Source of the DNA: Promethearchaeota archaeon | Lineage (GTDB): Archaea > Asgardarchaeota > Lokiarchaeia > Sigyniarchaeales > SOKP01 | Direction of reading: 5' to 3' | Assembly: GCA_004524535.1 (NCBI GenBank) | Contig: SDNY01000063.1 | Coordinates: 1 to 21,003 of the forward strand | Length of the DNA stretch: 21,003 nt | Shown here: piece after piece, positions 9,277 to 16,549 of the stretch | How positions within the stretch are numbered: position 1 is the first letter of the stretch | Layout of the letters: the number at the start of each line of letters is the position of its first letter | Program-made: the position numbers and the translations under genes | Notes under the pieces: model-generated | Databases searched by the model: none | Seen by the model: only the letters and a program-made list of their open reading frames with translations | Told to the model about the DNA's origin: nothing

Positions 9277-9477
9277 TTATTGCAAACGAGGAAACTTTAG
9301 TAAGTCATCTATTAAATCAACGTGCGCAACAATCATACGTTTGCAGCAGAAACGGTCGATACCTAATTTTTCAAACGCAATTTCAGAACTTTCGCCCTTT
9401 TCCAATAAATCCAGATATGGTTGGTAAACATGGGCGATAAGTTTACCACAAGAGAAGCATCTTATAGGAATTATCAT
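9277..9477 (-). CDS. rpoN: DNA-directed RNA polymerase subunit N (Rpo10/RPB10)
   Basis: MIIPIRCFSCGK and LGIDRFCCKRMIVAHVDLID match the Rpo10 signature. Confidence 0.98.
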   Translation of the reverse strand: MIIPIRCFSCGKLIAHVYQPYLDLLEKGESSEIAFEKLGIDRFCCKRMIVAHVDLIDDLLKFPRLQ

Positions 9478-9624
9478 TATAAATAATAAAAAGAAAACAT
9501 CCTAAAAAAATTTTGATATTTTCAGCTCTAAATCATAAATTTTATTTTATATTATGTACTTATTTTCTCATTATAAACTCTATGATTAATGAAAATATAT
9601 ATTAATATATTGGAATGAGAAAAA

Positions 9625-9996
9625 ATGTCATATGTTAAGTTTAAAGTTCCAGATAAATTAAAAGATTCAATTAAGAGCATTTTAAATGCTATAGCTGATA
9701 CAAAAGATTCAAAAATCCGCAAGGGGATGAATGAAGTTACCAAAAGCATAGAACGAGGACAAGCTAAATTTGTTGTGATGGCTGAAGATGTATCCCCTCC
9801 AGAAATATTATATCATGTACCTATCCTATGTGAAGAGAGAAATATTCCTTATGCTTATGTTTCTAGTAAAAAGAATTTAGGGAATGCCGCAAAATTAAAT
9901 ATTGGAGCTTCTTCAATCGCAATTGATAATGTTGGCACAGGAAATGAAAAGATATTAGATGATATAATAAAGCAGATTGGAGCATTAAAAAAATAA
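9625..9996 (+). CDS. rpl7ae: 50S ribosomal protein L7Ae (eL8; k-turn binding)
   Basis: [41 protein letters not shown] and [13 protein letters not shown]. Confidence 0.98.
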   Translation: MSYVKFKVPDKLKDSIKSILNAIADTKDSKIRKGMNEVTKSIERGQAKFVVMAEDVSPPEILYHVPILCEERNIPYAYVSSKKNLGNAAKLNIGASSIAIDNVGTGNEKILDDIIKQIGALKK

Positions 9997-10009
9997 TTGG
10001 TGTATCTTT

Positions 10010-10258
10010 TTGTCTAAACTTGATAAATCAAAAAGTATTGGAATGATAGATGAATCTATTCCAGCTCAAGTTATTGCCGTTGTTGGGCGTACAGGACTTC
10101 ATGGGGAGGTAACTCAAATTAAAGTCCGTATTCTCGAAGGTAGAGATAAAAACAGGATTCTTACGAGAAATGTTAAGGGGCCTATAAGAATGGATGATAT
10201 AATCATATTACGAGAAGTTGAGAGAGAAGCTCGAAAGCTGCGCGGTCGACGCCATTAA
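10010..10258 (+). CDS. rps28e: 30S ribosomal protein S28e (eS28)
   Basis: [51 protein letters not shown]. The TTG start is supported by GGTG at 9999-10002; an alternative ATG lies at 10043. Confidence 0.97.
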   Translation: MSKLDKSKSIGMIDESIPAQVIAVVGRTGLHGEVTQIKVRILEGRDKNRILTRNVKGPIRMDDIIILREVEREARKLRGRRH

Positions 10259-10308
10259 ATAAACGCTTCTTTTTCAAGCAAGAAAAATAAGAAGAATAAA
10301 AGCTACTC

Positions 10309-10521
10309 TTATTCTTTTTCATCTATTTGATGAAAGCTTAACAGTTCTAGATTAGTTCCATACTCAGCTTGTAAAAATTCTCTTAGGGCAGTTCTAATTG
10401 CTTCTGATCTGGATGCGATTAGTTTCTTAGAAATTAACCACTGAATGTTTTTGTCGTAACATTCTGGAATGTTAATTGTAATATTTTTCATCGGTTTTTT
10501 TTCATCTTTTCTATCTTTCAT
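10309..10521 (-). CDS. Ribbon-helix-helix (CopG/Arc/MetJ-type) DNA-binding protein
   Basis: Beta strand NITINIP followed by two helices with the SRSEAIRTALREFL motif. Confidence 0.85.
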   Translation of the reverse strand: MKDRKDEKKPMKNITINIPECYDKNIQWLISKKLIASRSEAIRTALREFLQAEYGTNLELLSFHQIDEKE

Positions 10522-10783
10522 TTAATTCGCTTCCATTAATATTTGAGATTCATTGGTATTCTAGAGCTTAAAATTCATCGGAATTAAATTTTTGGTATCA
10601 TTTCTCATAAAGAGACGCCCATAATATATTCCTATTGTATTTAAATATATATATAATAATTAGAAGTGTTATTTATATATTTGCTTCTATATAATGCGCT
10701 CTATATCAGATATAAGAGATTTAATTGAACGAATTAAATTCATGTTTATAATATCATTGAAAAAATTTTATTTAAAATCAAAA

Positions 10784-11458
10784 TTACAATCTTTCCTCCT
10801 TTTTCACATATCTTCCCCGTGTTTCAATAACATCTATGTTTTTTATTATTTGACGACATTCTTCTGTTGCTTCTTTACAATATTCTTGGTGATACCCTCT
10901 TAGAAATGCATTAAAACACATATTAAAATCTTTGCCATGGGTGGAGATCAGTATTCTTTTTAACAAATGGAGATCAACGCTCTTATCTTCAATTGAATCT
11001 GAATATTCATGAAGTCCAAAATCAATAAAAAAGATTTTGTGATTTTTTGTAAGAATAATATTACTCGTGGTAATATCGCCGTGGATATGTCCGTTCATAT
11101 GTAATATAGCAATATAACGACCAATTTCTTTAAAGATTTCCTCTTTTCTCGAATTATCTAAGCTTTCAAGAGCATTCCTCAGTTTTTCGCCCTCTATGTA
11201 TTTCATTACAATTATTGAATTCTTAGTGTCAATTTCATACACTTGAGGGACATTTAATCCATAATCTTTAACCCTAATAAGGGCTCGAGCTTCGTTTAAT
11301 GTCCGATCATTTCTAATCGTCTTATCTAGTTCCTCAATACGATATTTTTTAGGTATTCTGTATTTAAAAATAACTTCCTTGTCAAACCAAGATCCATAGT
11401 AAAGAGTGGCTTCAGCACCTTTATGAATGATTTTTTCTTTCATAATATTCGAATCCAT
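10784..11458 (-). CDS. bud32: KEOPS complex kinase/ATPase Bud32
   Basis: KGAEA, KYRIPKKYR, RTLNEAR, HGDITTSN, IDFGL, VDLHLL and C-terminal RGRY. Adjacent to kae1. Confidence 0.96.
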   Translation of the reverse strand: MDSNIMKEKIIHKGAEATLYYGSWFDKEVIFKYRIPKKYRIEELDKTIRNDRTLNEARALIRVKDYGLNVPQVYEIDTKNSIIVMKYIEGEKLRNALESLDNSRKEEIFKEIGRYIAILHMNGHIHGDITTSNIILTKNHKIFFIDFGLHEYSDSIEDKSVDLHLLKRILISTHGKDFNMCFNAFLRGYHQEYCKEATEECRQIIKNIDVIETRGRYVKKEERL

Positions 11459-11465
11459 TATAATC

Positions 11466-12479
11466 CTAATCCCTCCATGGCACAGTAATCTGATCCATTC
11501 TTTCTTTGGGTTTTATAAATGTATCTGAGAGTTTTTGCCCTCCTTCCATCTTATATCGCAAAATACCAGTCCAACCAATCATAGCTCCGTTATCTCCAGC
11601 ATATTTAAGAGGCACTACTTCAAATCTTGCATTATGTTCTTTGCAAATATATTCAATCATTTTTTGTAATCTTTTATTTGCAGCAACTCCACCAGTTAGT
11701 AATACTTCTTTTTTTTCAGTATGGGCTAACGCTCTCTCTGTAACCTCCGTCAACATAGCGAAACATGTTTCTTGAACTGAATAGGCTACATCGCTTAAAT
11801 TATAATTCTTACCATATTGTTCCGATTCTATTAATCTTTTAGCAGCAGTATATAGTCCAGAAAAAGATAAATCCATACCTTTCACTATATAGGGCAATTC
11901 TAAGTAGTTATTTGATTTTTGAGCTAATTTTTCTATTTTCGGTCCACCTGGATGGGCTAATCCTGCATCTCTAGCAAATGAATCTAACATATTTCCTATT
12001 GACAAATCTAGGGTTTCTCCAAATATCTGATATCTAGCAGATTCAAAAGCGCTTACAATTGTATTCCCTCCAGATACATACAACGTGAGGGGATCTTCAA
12101 TATTGCACATTAAACGTCCAATTTCAATATGTGCGATGCAATGATTTACTCCAATAATTGGAATTTTTAAAATTTGACTGAGCATACGTGCTATTAAAGC
12201 ACCTATTTTCAATACTTGCCCAAGACCAGGACTATCGCTAAATGCAATAAGACTAATATCTTTTATTGAACAATTTGCTTTTGAAAGTGCGTTTTTTATA
12301 GTTATCATAAAGTTATTTAAATGATGTTCTTTTACTAAGACAGGATGCAATCCTCCCTCTTTAGGTGTAAAAATGTCGTTTACAAGACTATAAACATTCC
12401 CTTCAAAATCTAAAACTCCAACACCAAATGTATGTGCTGTGCTTTCTATACCAAGACAGATTTTTTTATGGGAATCCAT
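11466..12479 (-). CDS. kae1: tRNA N6-threonylcarbamoyladenosine (t6A) synthase Kae1
   Basis: LGIESTAHTFGVG, VNHCIAHIEIG (metal-binding HxxxH), LYVSGGNT, GETLD, VKGMDLSFSG, GGVAAN and DNGAMI. Confidence 0.98.
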   Translation of the reverse strand: MDSHKKICLGIESTAHTFGVGVLDFEGNVYSLVNDIFTPKEGGLHPVLVKEHHLNNFMITIKNALSKANCSIKDISLIAFSDSPGLGQVLKIGALIARMLSQILKIPIIGVNHCIAHIEIGRLMCNIEDPLTLYVSGGNTIVSAFESARYQIFGETLDLSIGNMLDSFARDAGLAHPGGPKIEKLAQKSNNYLELPYIVKGMDLSFSGLYTAAKRLIESEQYGKNYNLSDVAYSVQETCFAMLTEVTERALAHTEKKEVLLTGGVAANKRLQKMIEYICKEHNARFEVVPLKYAGDNGAMIGWTGILRYKMEGGQKLSDTFIKPKERMDQITVPWRD

Positions 12480-12639
12480 ATTTTTTACCTAATTTATCTA
12501 TTAACTTATTTCTTTTATTTAAAAAAAAAATTTAAATCTAATTGCAAAAGCTTTTTTCTATTAAATATTGATATATTATTGTGCGTAAAAGAAAATCATA
12601 AAAAAGAGTTCTATTATCTTATTGGCCTGGTTAATATTA

Positions 12640-12852
12640 TTATCTCGATTTAGTACGCCTTCGTGGAGATCTTCGTTTGGACGTTTGAGCCCTTTTTCCT
12701 TTTCTTTTAAATACCGTATAAGCACAGCGTCCACAACTCCAACGATCATAATGGTCTGCAAGGAAAAATCCCGCACCACATTTTGGGCATTGCCTATGTG
12801 TTCTAATTAATTTATTATCTTCAATTTTATAATATTTTGATGCATCAGTCAT
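12640..12852 (-). CDS. rps27ae: 30S ribosomal protein S27ae (eS31), no ubiquitin fusion
   Basis: YYKI...[25 protein letters not shown] zinc ribbon, in the canonical position between rps24e and kae1. Confidence 0.96.
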   Translation of the reverse strand: MTDASKYYKIEDNKLIRTHRQCPKCGAGFFLADHYDRWSCGRCAYTVFKRKGKRAQTSKRRSPRRRTKSR

Positions 12853-12878
12853 TTATAACTCACATTATTATTCTTTTA

Positions 12879-13235
12879 TTATTTATAATCAAAAAGATGT
12901 TTATAGCTTTCCTTCTTTTTTTTAAGTTTGTAAATATTGTCTCTTTGATCTTTTGGTAAATTCCGCACTTGTATGTGAAAAGGTTCAAAATATTGAAGTT
13001 CTTCTGCATTACCATATATATATACTTTTGCAATGTCTTGGGTTGCCCCAAAATGAGTTTGAATATCTTTTACTATAGTAAGTTTTTCGTTAGATGTTTT
13101 TAAAGCTGATATTTTTTTTTTTAATTCTAGTCTATTTGGAGTTCCTTTGGCAAAATGTTCAATTTTAACTTTTAATTCTATTCTATCAATTAATAGATTC
13201 TTTTTTTCTTCTAAAATTTCCACATCGAACGACAT
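12879..13235 (-). CDS. rps24e: 30S ribosomal protein S24e (eS24)
   Basis: EEKKNLLIDRIE, GTPNRLELKKKI, IQTHFG, AKVYIY and FEP motifs, plus gene context. Confidence 0.93.
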   Translation of the reverse strand: MSFDVEILEEKKNLLIDRIELKVKIEHFAKGTPNRLELKKKISALKTSNEKLTIVKDIQTHFGATQDIAKVYIYGNAEELQYFEPFHIQVRNLPKDQRDNIYKLKKKKESYKHLFDYK

Positions 13236-13318
13236 ACTTAAAGTTGAAAATTATGAATAAGAAATAAAATTTTGTATTTTATAATTAAAATAATAAAAAG
13301 AGAGAAAATTATAAAAAT

Positions 13319-13903
13319 TTAAAATTTTTCCATTAGATTTATATATTTTTTAACTTTATTTTGAATTTCTATATTTACATCTACAAGTACAATCCCTTCA
13401 GGAATGATAGTCCTTGCATCCGTAATTGGAGGTTGTCCGTAAAAAACAAAATTCTTAACATTCTCTTCCAATGGAAGTTTTAATATAAGAGGTAAGACAA
13501 GTAAATCCTCCTCTCCTTTTGTAATTATAAGTAAAGTTTTTTTTTTAGATTCGACAATAGTTTTTAATAGAGACCAGCTTTCTTTTTGAATAGTTCCCTC
13601 AGGATTTTCAAGTTCTATAATTTCCTCAAAATTCTCAGTTTTGATATAGATCTTCTTTCTCTGAGTTTTCTCATCAATGATACAAAGTTTAATAAACGAT
13701 TTTAGAAATTGATTCGCTAAGAAATCTTTAGATACAATATCTCCTACTATATAAAAGTTGATTGATAAATTAGATTTAATATAATTTTTGATAATATTTT
13801 CTACTTTTAGAAGAGTTTCTTCCCTCTTGCCAGATATTAATTTATCTAAAGGTTGAGCAAATTCATATCTTTTATCTTGGGGAATTCTTAAATTATATTC
13901 CAT
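13319..13903 (-). CDS. DUF359 family protein (archaeal GTP-dependent dephospho-CoA kinase)
   Basis: VGDIVS, IIDEKTQR, NPEGTI, GEEDLLVLP and FYGQP...EGIV motifs, in the conserved position after spt4. Start uncertain (ATG 13903, ATG 13909 or TTG 13912). Confidence 0.9.
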   Translation of the reverse strand: MEYNLRIPQDKRYEFAQPLDKLISGKREETLLKVENIIKNYIKSNLSINFYIVGDIVSKDFLANQFLKSFIKLCIIDEKTQRKKIYIKTENFEEIIELENPEGTIQKESWSLLKTIVESKKKTLLIITKGEEDLLVLPLILKLPLEENVKNFVFYGQPPITDARTIIPEGIVLVDVNIEIQNKVKKYINLMEKF

Positions 13904-13962
13904 CCACATCAATGTAATATTAAATATGAATTCTAATTTATAGACTAAAATCTTAGAAAATC

Positions 13963-14160
13963 TTAACGAACTCGTAGTGCATATTTGCCCGGCATTCCAA
14001 CTTTAAGGTATTCAGCGATTTTTGATTCGCTTGGTTTTATAATAACAACCTCTCCTGTAAAATCGTCACTTAATGTGTGAGTTTTGCATTTTGGGCAAAC
14101 TTGCTCGCTTTTAGTTATAATATGGCACGTTTTACATGCTTTTTCTTTAATAATAACCAC
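13963..14160 (-). CDS. spt4: Transcription elongation factor Spt4 (RpoE'')
   Basis: EKACKTCH...CPKC...LSDDFTGEVVII.P..SKIA....PGKYALRVR. The true start is most likely just after the rpoE' stop (GTG 14160 or ATT 14151), not the track's 14202. Confidence 0.95.
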   Translation of the reverse strand: MVIIKEKACKTCHIITKSEQVCPKCKTHTLSDDFTGEVVIIKPSESKIAEYLKVGMPGKYALRVR

Positions 14161-14164
14161 CCAT

Positions 14165-14743
14165 TTAGCTTGCCTTTTCAGCAAGTTCTGAAGAACTTTC
14201 AAGTTCTGAGATGTCAGATTGAATCCAATCTTCCTTCCCTAAGAACTTTTGTCGCATCGTTAATCCCAGTTTGCCCGAGCGGCCCATACCGAGAGAGACT
14301 GCTATAATTCTTGCTCTTACGGAGTCTTTTACTTCAAGGATTTTTCCTGTCTCCTTTCCTATAAATCTATTTCCTACTTGTTCGTATGATATGTAGTCAT
14401 CACATATTTGTGACACATGTACAAGCCCGTCGAGAGGACCCATTCTAATGAATGCGCCGAAGTCGACTATTTCTACTATGTCCCCTTCGATAACTTCCTG
14501 TAAAGATGGTTTAAAAGAAAGAATTGTAAATTCGACCTCATGGAAGGTATTTGGCTGACCCGGAATGATTATACCGGGACCAACAGTGAGTACATCGACG
14601 ATGGCAATAATAAAACCGTATTCTCTCGTAATAATTCCTTCATAGTCTTCACTGAGAATAATTCTTGCCGATACGGCTTTCTCTTGGCTAAATAAGAAAG
14701 GGGGAATCTCAATTTTTCCAGCTATTGTGTAGAGCTTAAACAT
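14165..14743 (-). CDS. rpoE: DNA-directed RNA polymerase subunit E' (Rpo7)
   Basis: IEIPP, EVIEGDIVEIVDFGAFIRMGPLDGLVHVSQI (S1 domain), VRARIIAVS and KLGLTMRQKFLGK. Confidence 0.98.
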   Translation of the reverse strand: MFKLYTIAGKIEIPPFLFSQEKAVSARIILSEDYEGIITREYGFIIAIVDVLTVGPGIIIPGQPNTFHEVEFTILSFKPSLQEVIEGDIVEIVDFGAFIRMGPLDGLVHVSQICDDYISYEQVGNRFIGKETGKILEVKDSVRARIIAVSLGMGRSGKLGLTMRQKFLGKEDWIQSDISELESSSELAEKAS

Positions 14744-14863
14744 AAGTTCATTTTAATAATAAATTTTAAATAATAATTTATTAAACGATATATACAATTA
14801 TTTATAATTAGTAAAGAAATTAATAGTTTACCTAAAGGAATAATAATTCTCACAATATTTTGT

Positions 14864-15457
14864 TTAAATGTTAAATGAATAAAATCTAAAAAAACTCTTT
14901 TGATTCTCATGAATTAAAATATTACCACATTCATCACAGATATCTTTTATTACATTTATTTCTTCTTCATCTAAATTTTCAAGAAATTCCTTAATTGGTA
15001 TACCTAACGCAATTTTTTCGTCCAAGTCTTTTCTAATATCTTCTTTTATACTTTCATGACATTTAGCGCAATATAAGGCTCCACAATGAGGGCACATAAA
15101 GGGAAGCGCCCCACAATTACTGCATAGAGTAGTTTTGGGCTGCCAGATAAGATTATCACTTTCACATTTAATACAATACCATCCTTTACTATGTGGAATG
15201 TATATCATATCTCGATCAGAATGGTTACAAATCGGACATTTACATATTGAAGCGTCTATTGCCCGTTCAAGTAATTGAATTTTTTTATAAAGTTTGTGAC
15301 CCTCTAAAGATAGTGCTATTTCTCCATCAATAGGATACCATATAGCTTTTAGAGTTCCCAATTTATCATAAGCAGCATTTAATATAATAATTCTTAAATT
15401 ATTTCTAATTCTCTTAAGCTGAGAATTATTAAGGATTATTTTTCTTCTCTTCTTCAT
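14864..15457 (-). CDS. Hypothetical Cys-rich (multi zinc-finger) protein; candidate immunity/accessory protein
   Basis: Six CxxC pairs: CPIC, CIKC, CSNC, CPHC, CAKC and CDEC. ATG start with a TATA-like TATATTTAAA about 30 nt upstream. The function is inference only. Confidence 0.7.
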   Translation of the reverse strand: MKKRRKIILNNSQLKRIRNNLRIIILNAAYDKLGTLKAIWYPIDGEIALSLEGHKLYKKIQLLERAIDASICKCPICNHSDRDMIYIPHSKGWYCIKCESDNLIWQPKTTLCSNCGALPFMCPHCGALYCAKCHESIKEDIRKDLDEKIALGIPIKEFLENLDEEEINVIKDICDECGNILIHENQKSFFRFYSFNI

Positions 15458-15509
15458 TATAAGATAAATGGAATAATTCTAATTTAAATATATAGACTTA
15501 CCTAAGAAA

Positions 15510-16547
15510 TTAAGAATTATTATCTCCAAGATAGTTATAAATTCTCTGTTGCTTAGGTAATAAATATTGAGCATATGATGGAAATACAGGAATAAATCTT
15601 GGATGAAAATCGACCCATTCTTCAATCACCTTAGAAATTTCGGTATCTAATTCTTTTGCAAGAGTTATTTTTTGTTGCTCAGTAAGGTAAATTACTCTTT
15701 TTCCACTTTTCAGATTTTTAGAGTAAAAGCGTTCAATAAAATAATTTCTACCAGTACGACCATCTGTTAGATATTTAATAATAAACCTACCTGCTCCATA
15801 CTTTTCGATATAATCGACTCTACTTAAAAATTCATTCCAACCATTAGGATCATTTTTATAATAATCTGGTATAGATCGTTTACCTTCAATCCTATGCTTT
15901 AATAATTCTAAAATCAATACTGTATTTCCTTCATGTGCTTTATGGTCTCGATTCATTGGAAGTGTCAATCTATTTGGATCATTTGATGCTTTATCATTTT
16001 CGAAAAGATGATTGCGTTGATATGTATACCATTGGGATTGTTTTAATTTTCGAAAAGCCATTGGATCCATTGTCTTCAAGTTAACAACATCAACTAAAAG
16101 ATCTCTAATAACTAGTATTGTACAATGAGCTTTAATTGTACTTTCATCAAACCATTCAGAGGAGTATTCGGAATTTAGCTGTGAAAGAGATTTTAGATAT
16201 GCATGATACCTTGCAAGGTAAACTTTCGCTTTTTTTGAGTATTGATTATCAAAATTAATTAATCTATATGCATTTTTGATGGTATTAATATGAATTTTAT
16301 CATGTTTCTTTAAATTCTCTTGAAACAATGACTTATAATCGGTATTAGATACATCTTTACTGAACTGCATCAAATCATATTCCTTCCCTTGATCTTTCAT
16401 ATGTTTGGCAATTGCGAGATATGAATAAAATATAACATTAAATTCAGTTAATTTTTCCTCTGATAATATTTCACGATTAATCATTGTCTGTACAATTAAT
16501 CTGTGACAACGTGATTTAAGCTCATCAAGAGTATTAGGTTGTGTCAA
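15510..16547 (-). CDS. Hypothetical protein with an HNH-like nuclease motif; possibly the orphaned C-terminus of the upstream gene
   Basis: 345-codon ORF in AT-rich DNA containing RNHLFENDKASNDPNRLTLPMNRDHKAHE (H...K.sN...L.....H..H). Weak TTG start 2 nt after the upstream stop. Confidence 0.6.
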   Translation of the reverse strand: MTQPNTLDELKSRCHRLIVQTMINREILSEEKLTEFNVIFYSYLAIAKHMKDQGKEYDLMQFSKDVSNTDYKSLFQENLKKHDKIHINTIKNAYRLINFDNQYSKKAKVYLARYHAYLKSLSQLNSEYSSEWFDESTIKAHCTILVIRDLLVDVVNLKTMDPMAFRKLKQSQWYTYQRNHLFENDKASNDPNRLTLPMNRDHKAHEGNTVLILELLKHRIEGKRSIPDYYKNDPNGWNEFLSRVDYIEKYGAGRFIIKYLTDGRTGRNYFIERFYSKNLKSGKRVIYLTEQQKITLAKELDTEISKVIEEWVDFHPRFIPVFPSYAQYLLPKQQRIYNYLGDNNS

Positions 16548-16549
16548 TT

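Noticed and set aside
9580-9670. K-turn for L7Ae autoregulation in the rpl7ae leader
   Set aside because: GA dinucleotides flank an AT-only hairpin (AATATAT-ATTA-ATATATT), but no canonical stem forms and the tract is more likely the TATA region.
8816-9749. Track ORFs 8816-9010, 8997-9209, 9245-9427 and 9552-9749
   Set aside because: Antisense to rps6e, rpl24e, rpoN and rpl7ae, with no recognisable motifs.
10694-14910. Track ORFs 10694-10903, 11506-11775, 12432-12653, 12576-12779, 12622-12810, 12860-13051, 14077-14307 and 14722-14910
   Set aside because: They overlap conserved genes in other frames or strands, or are low-complexity AT-rich readings.
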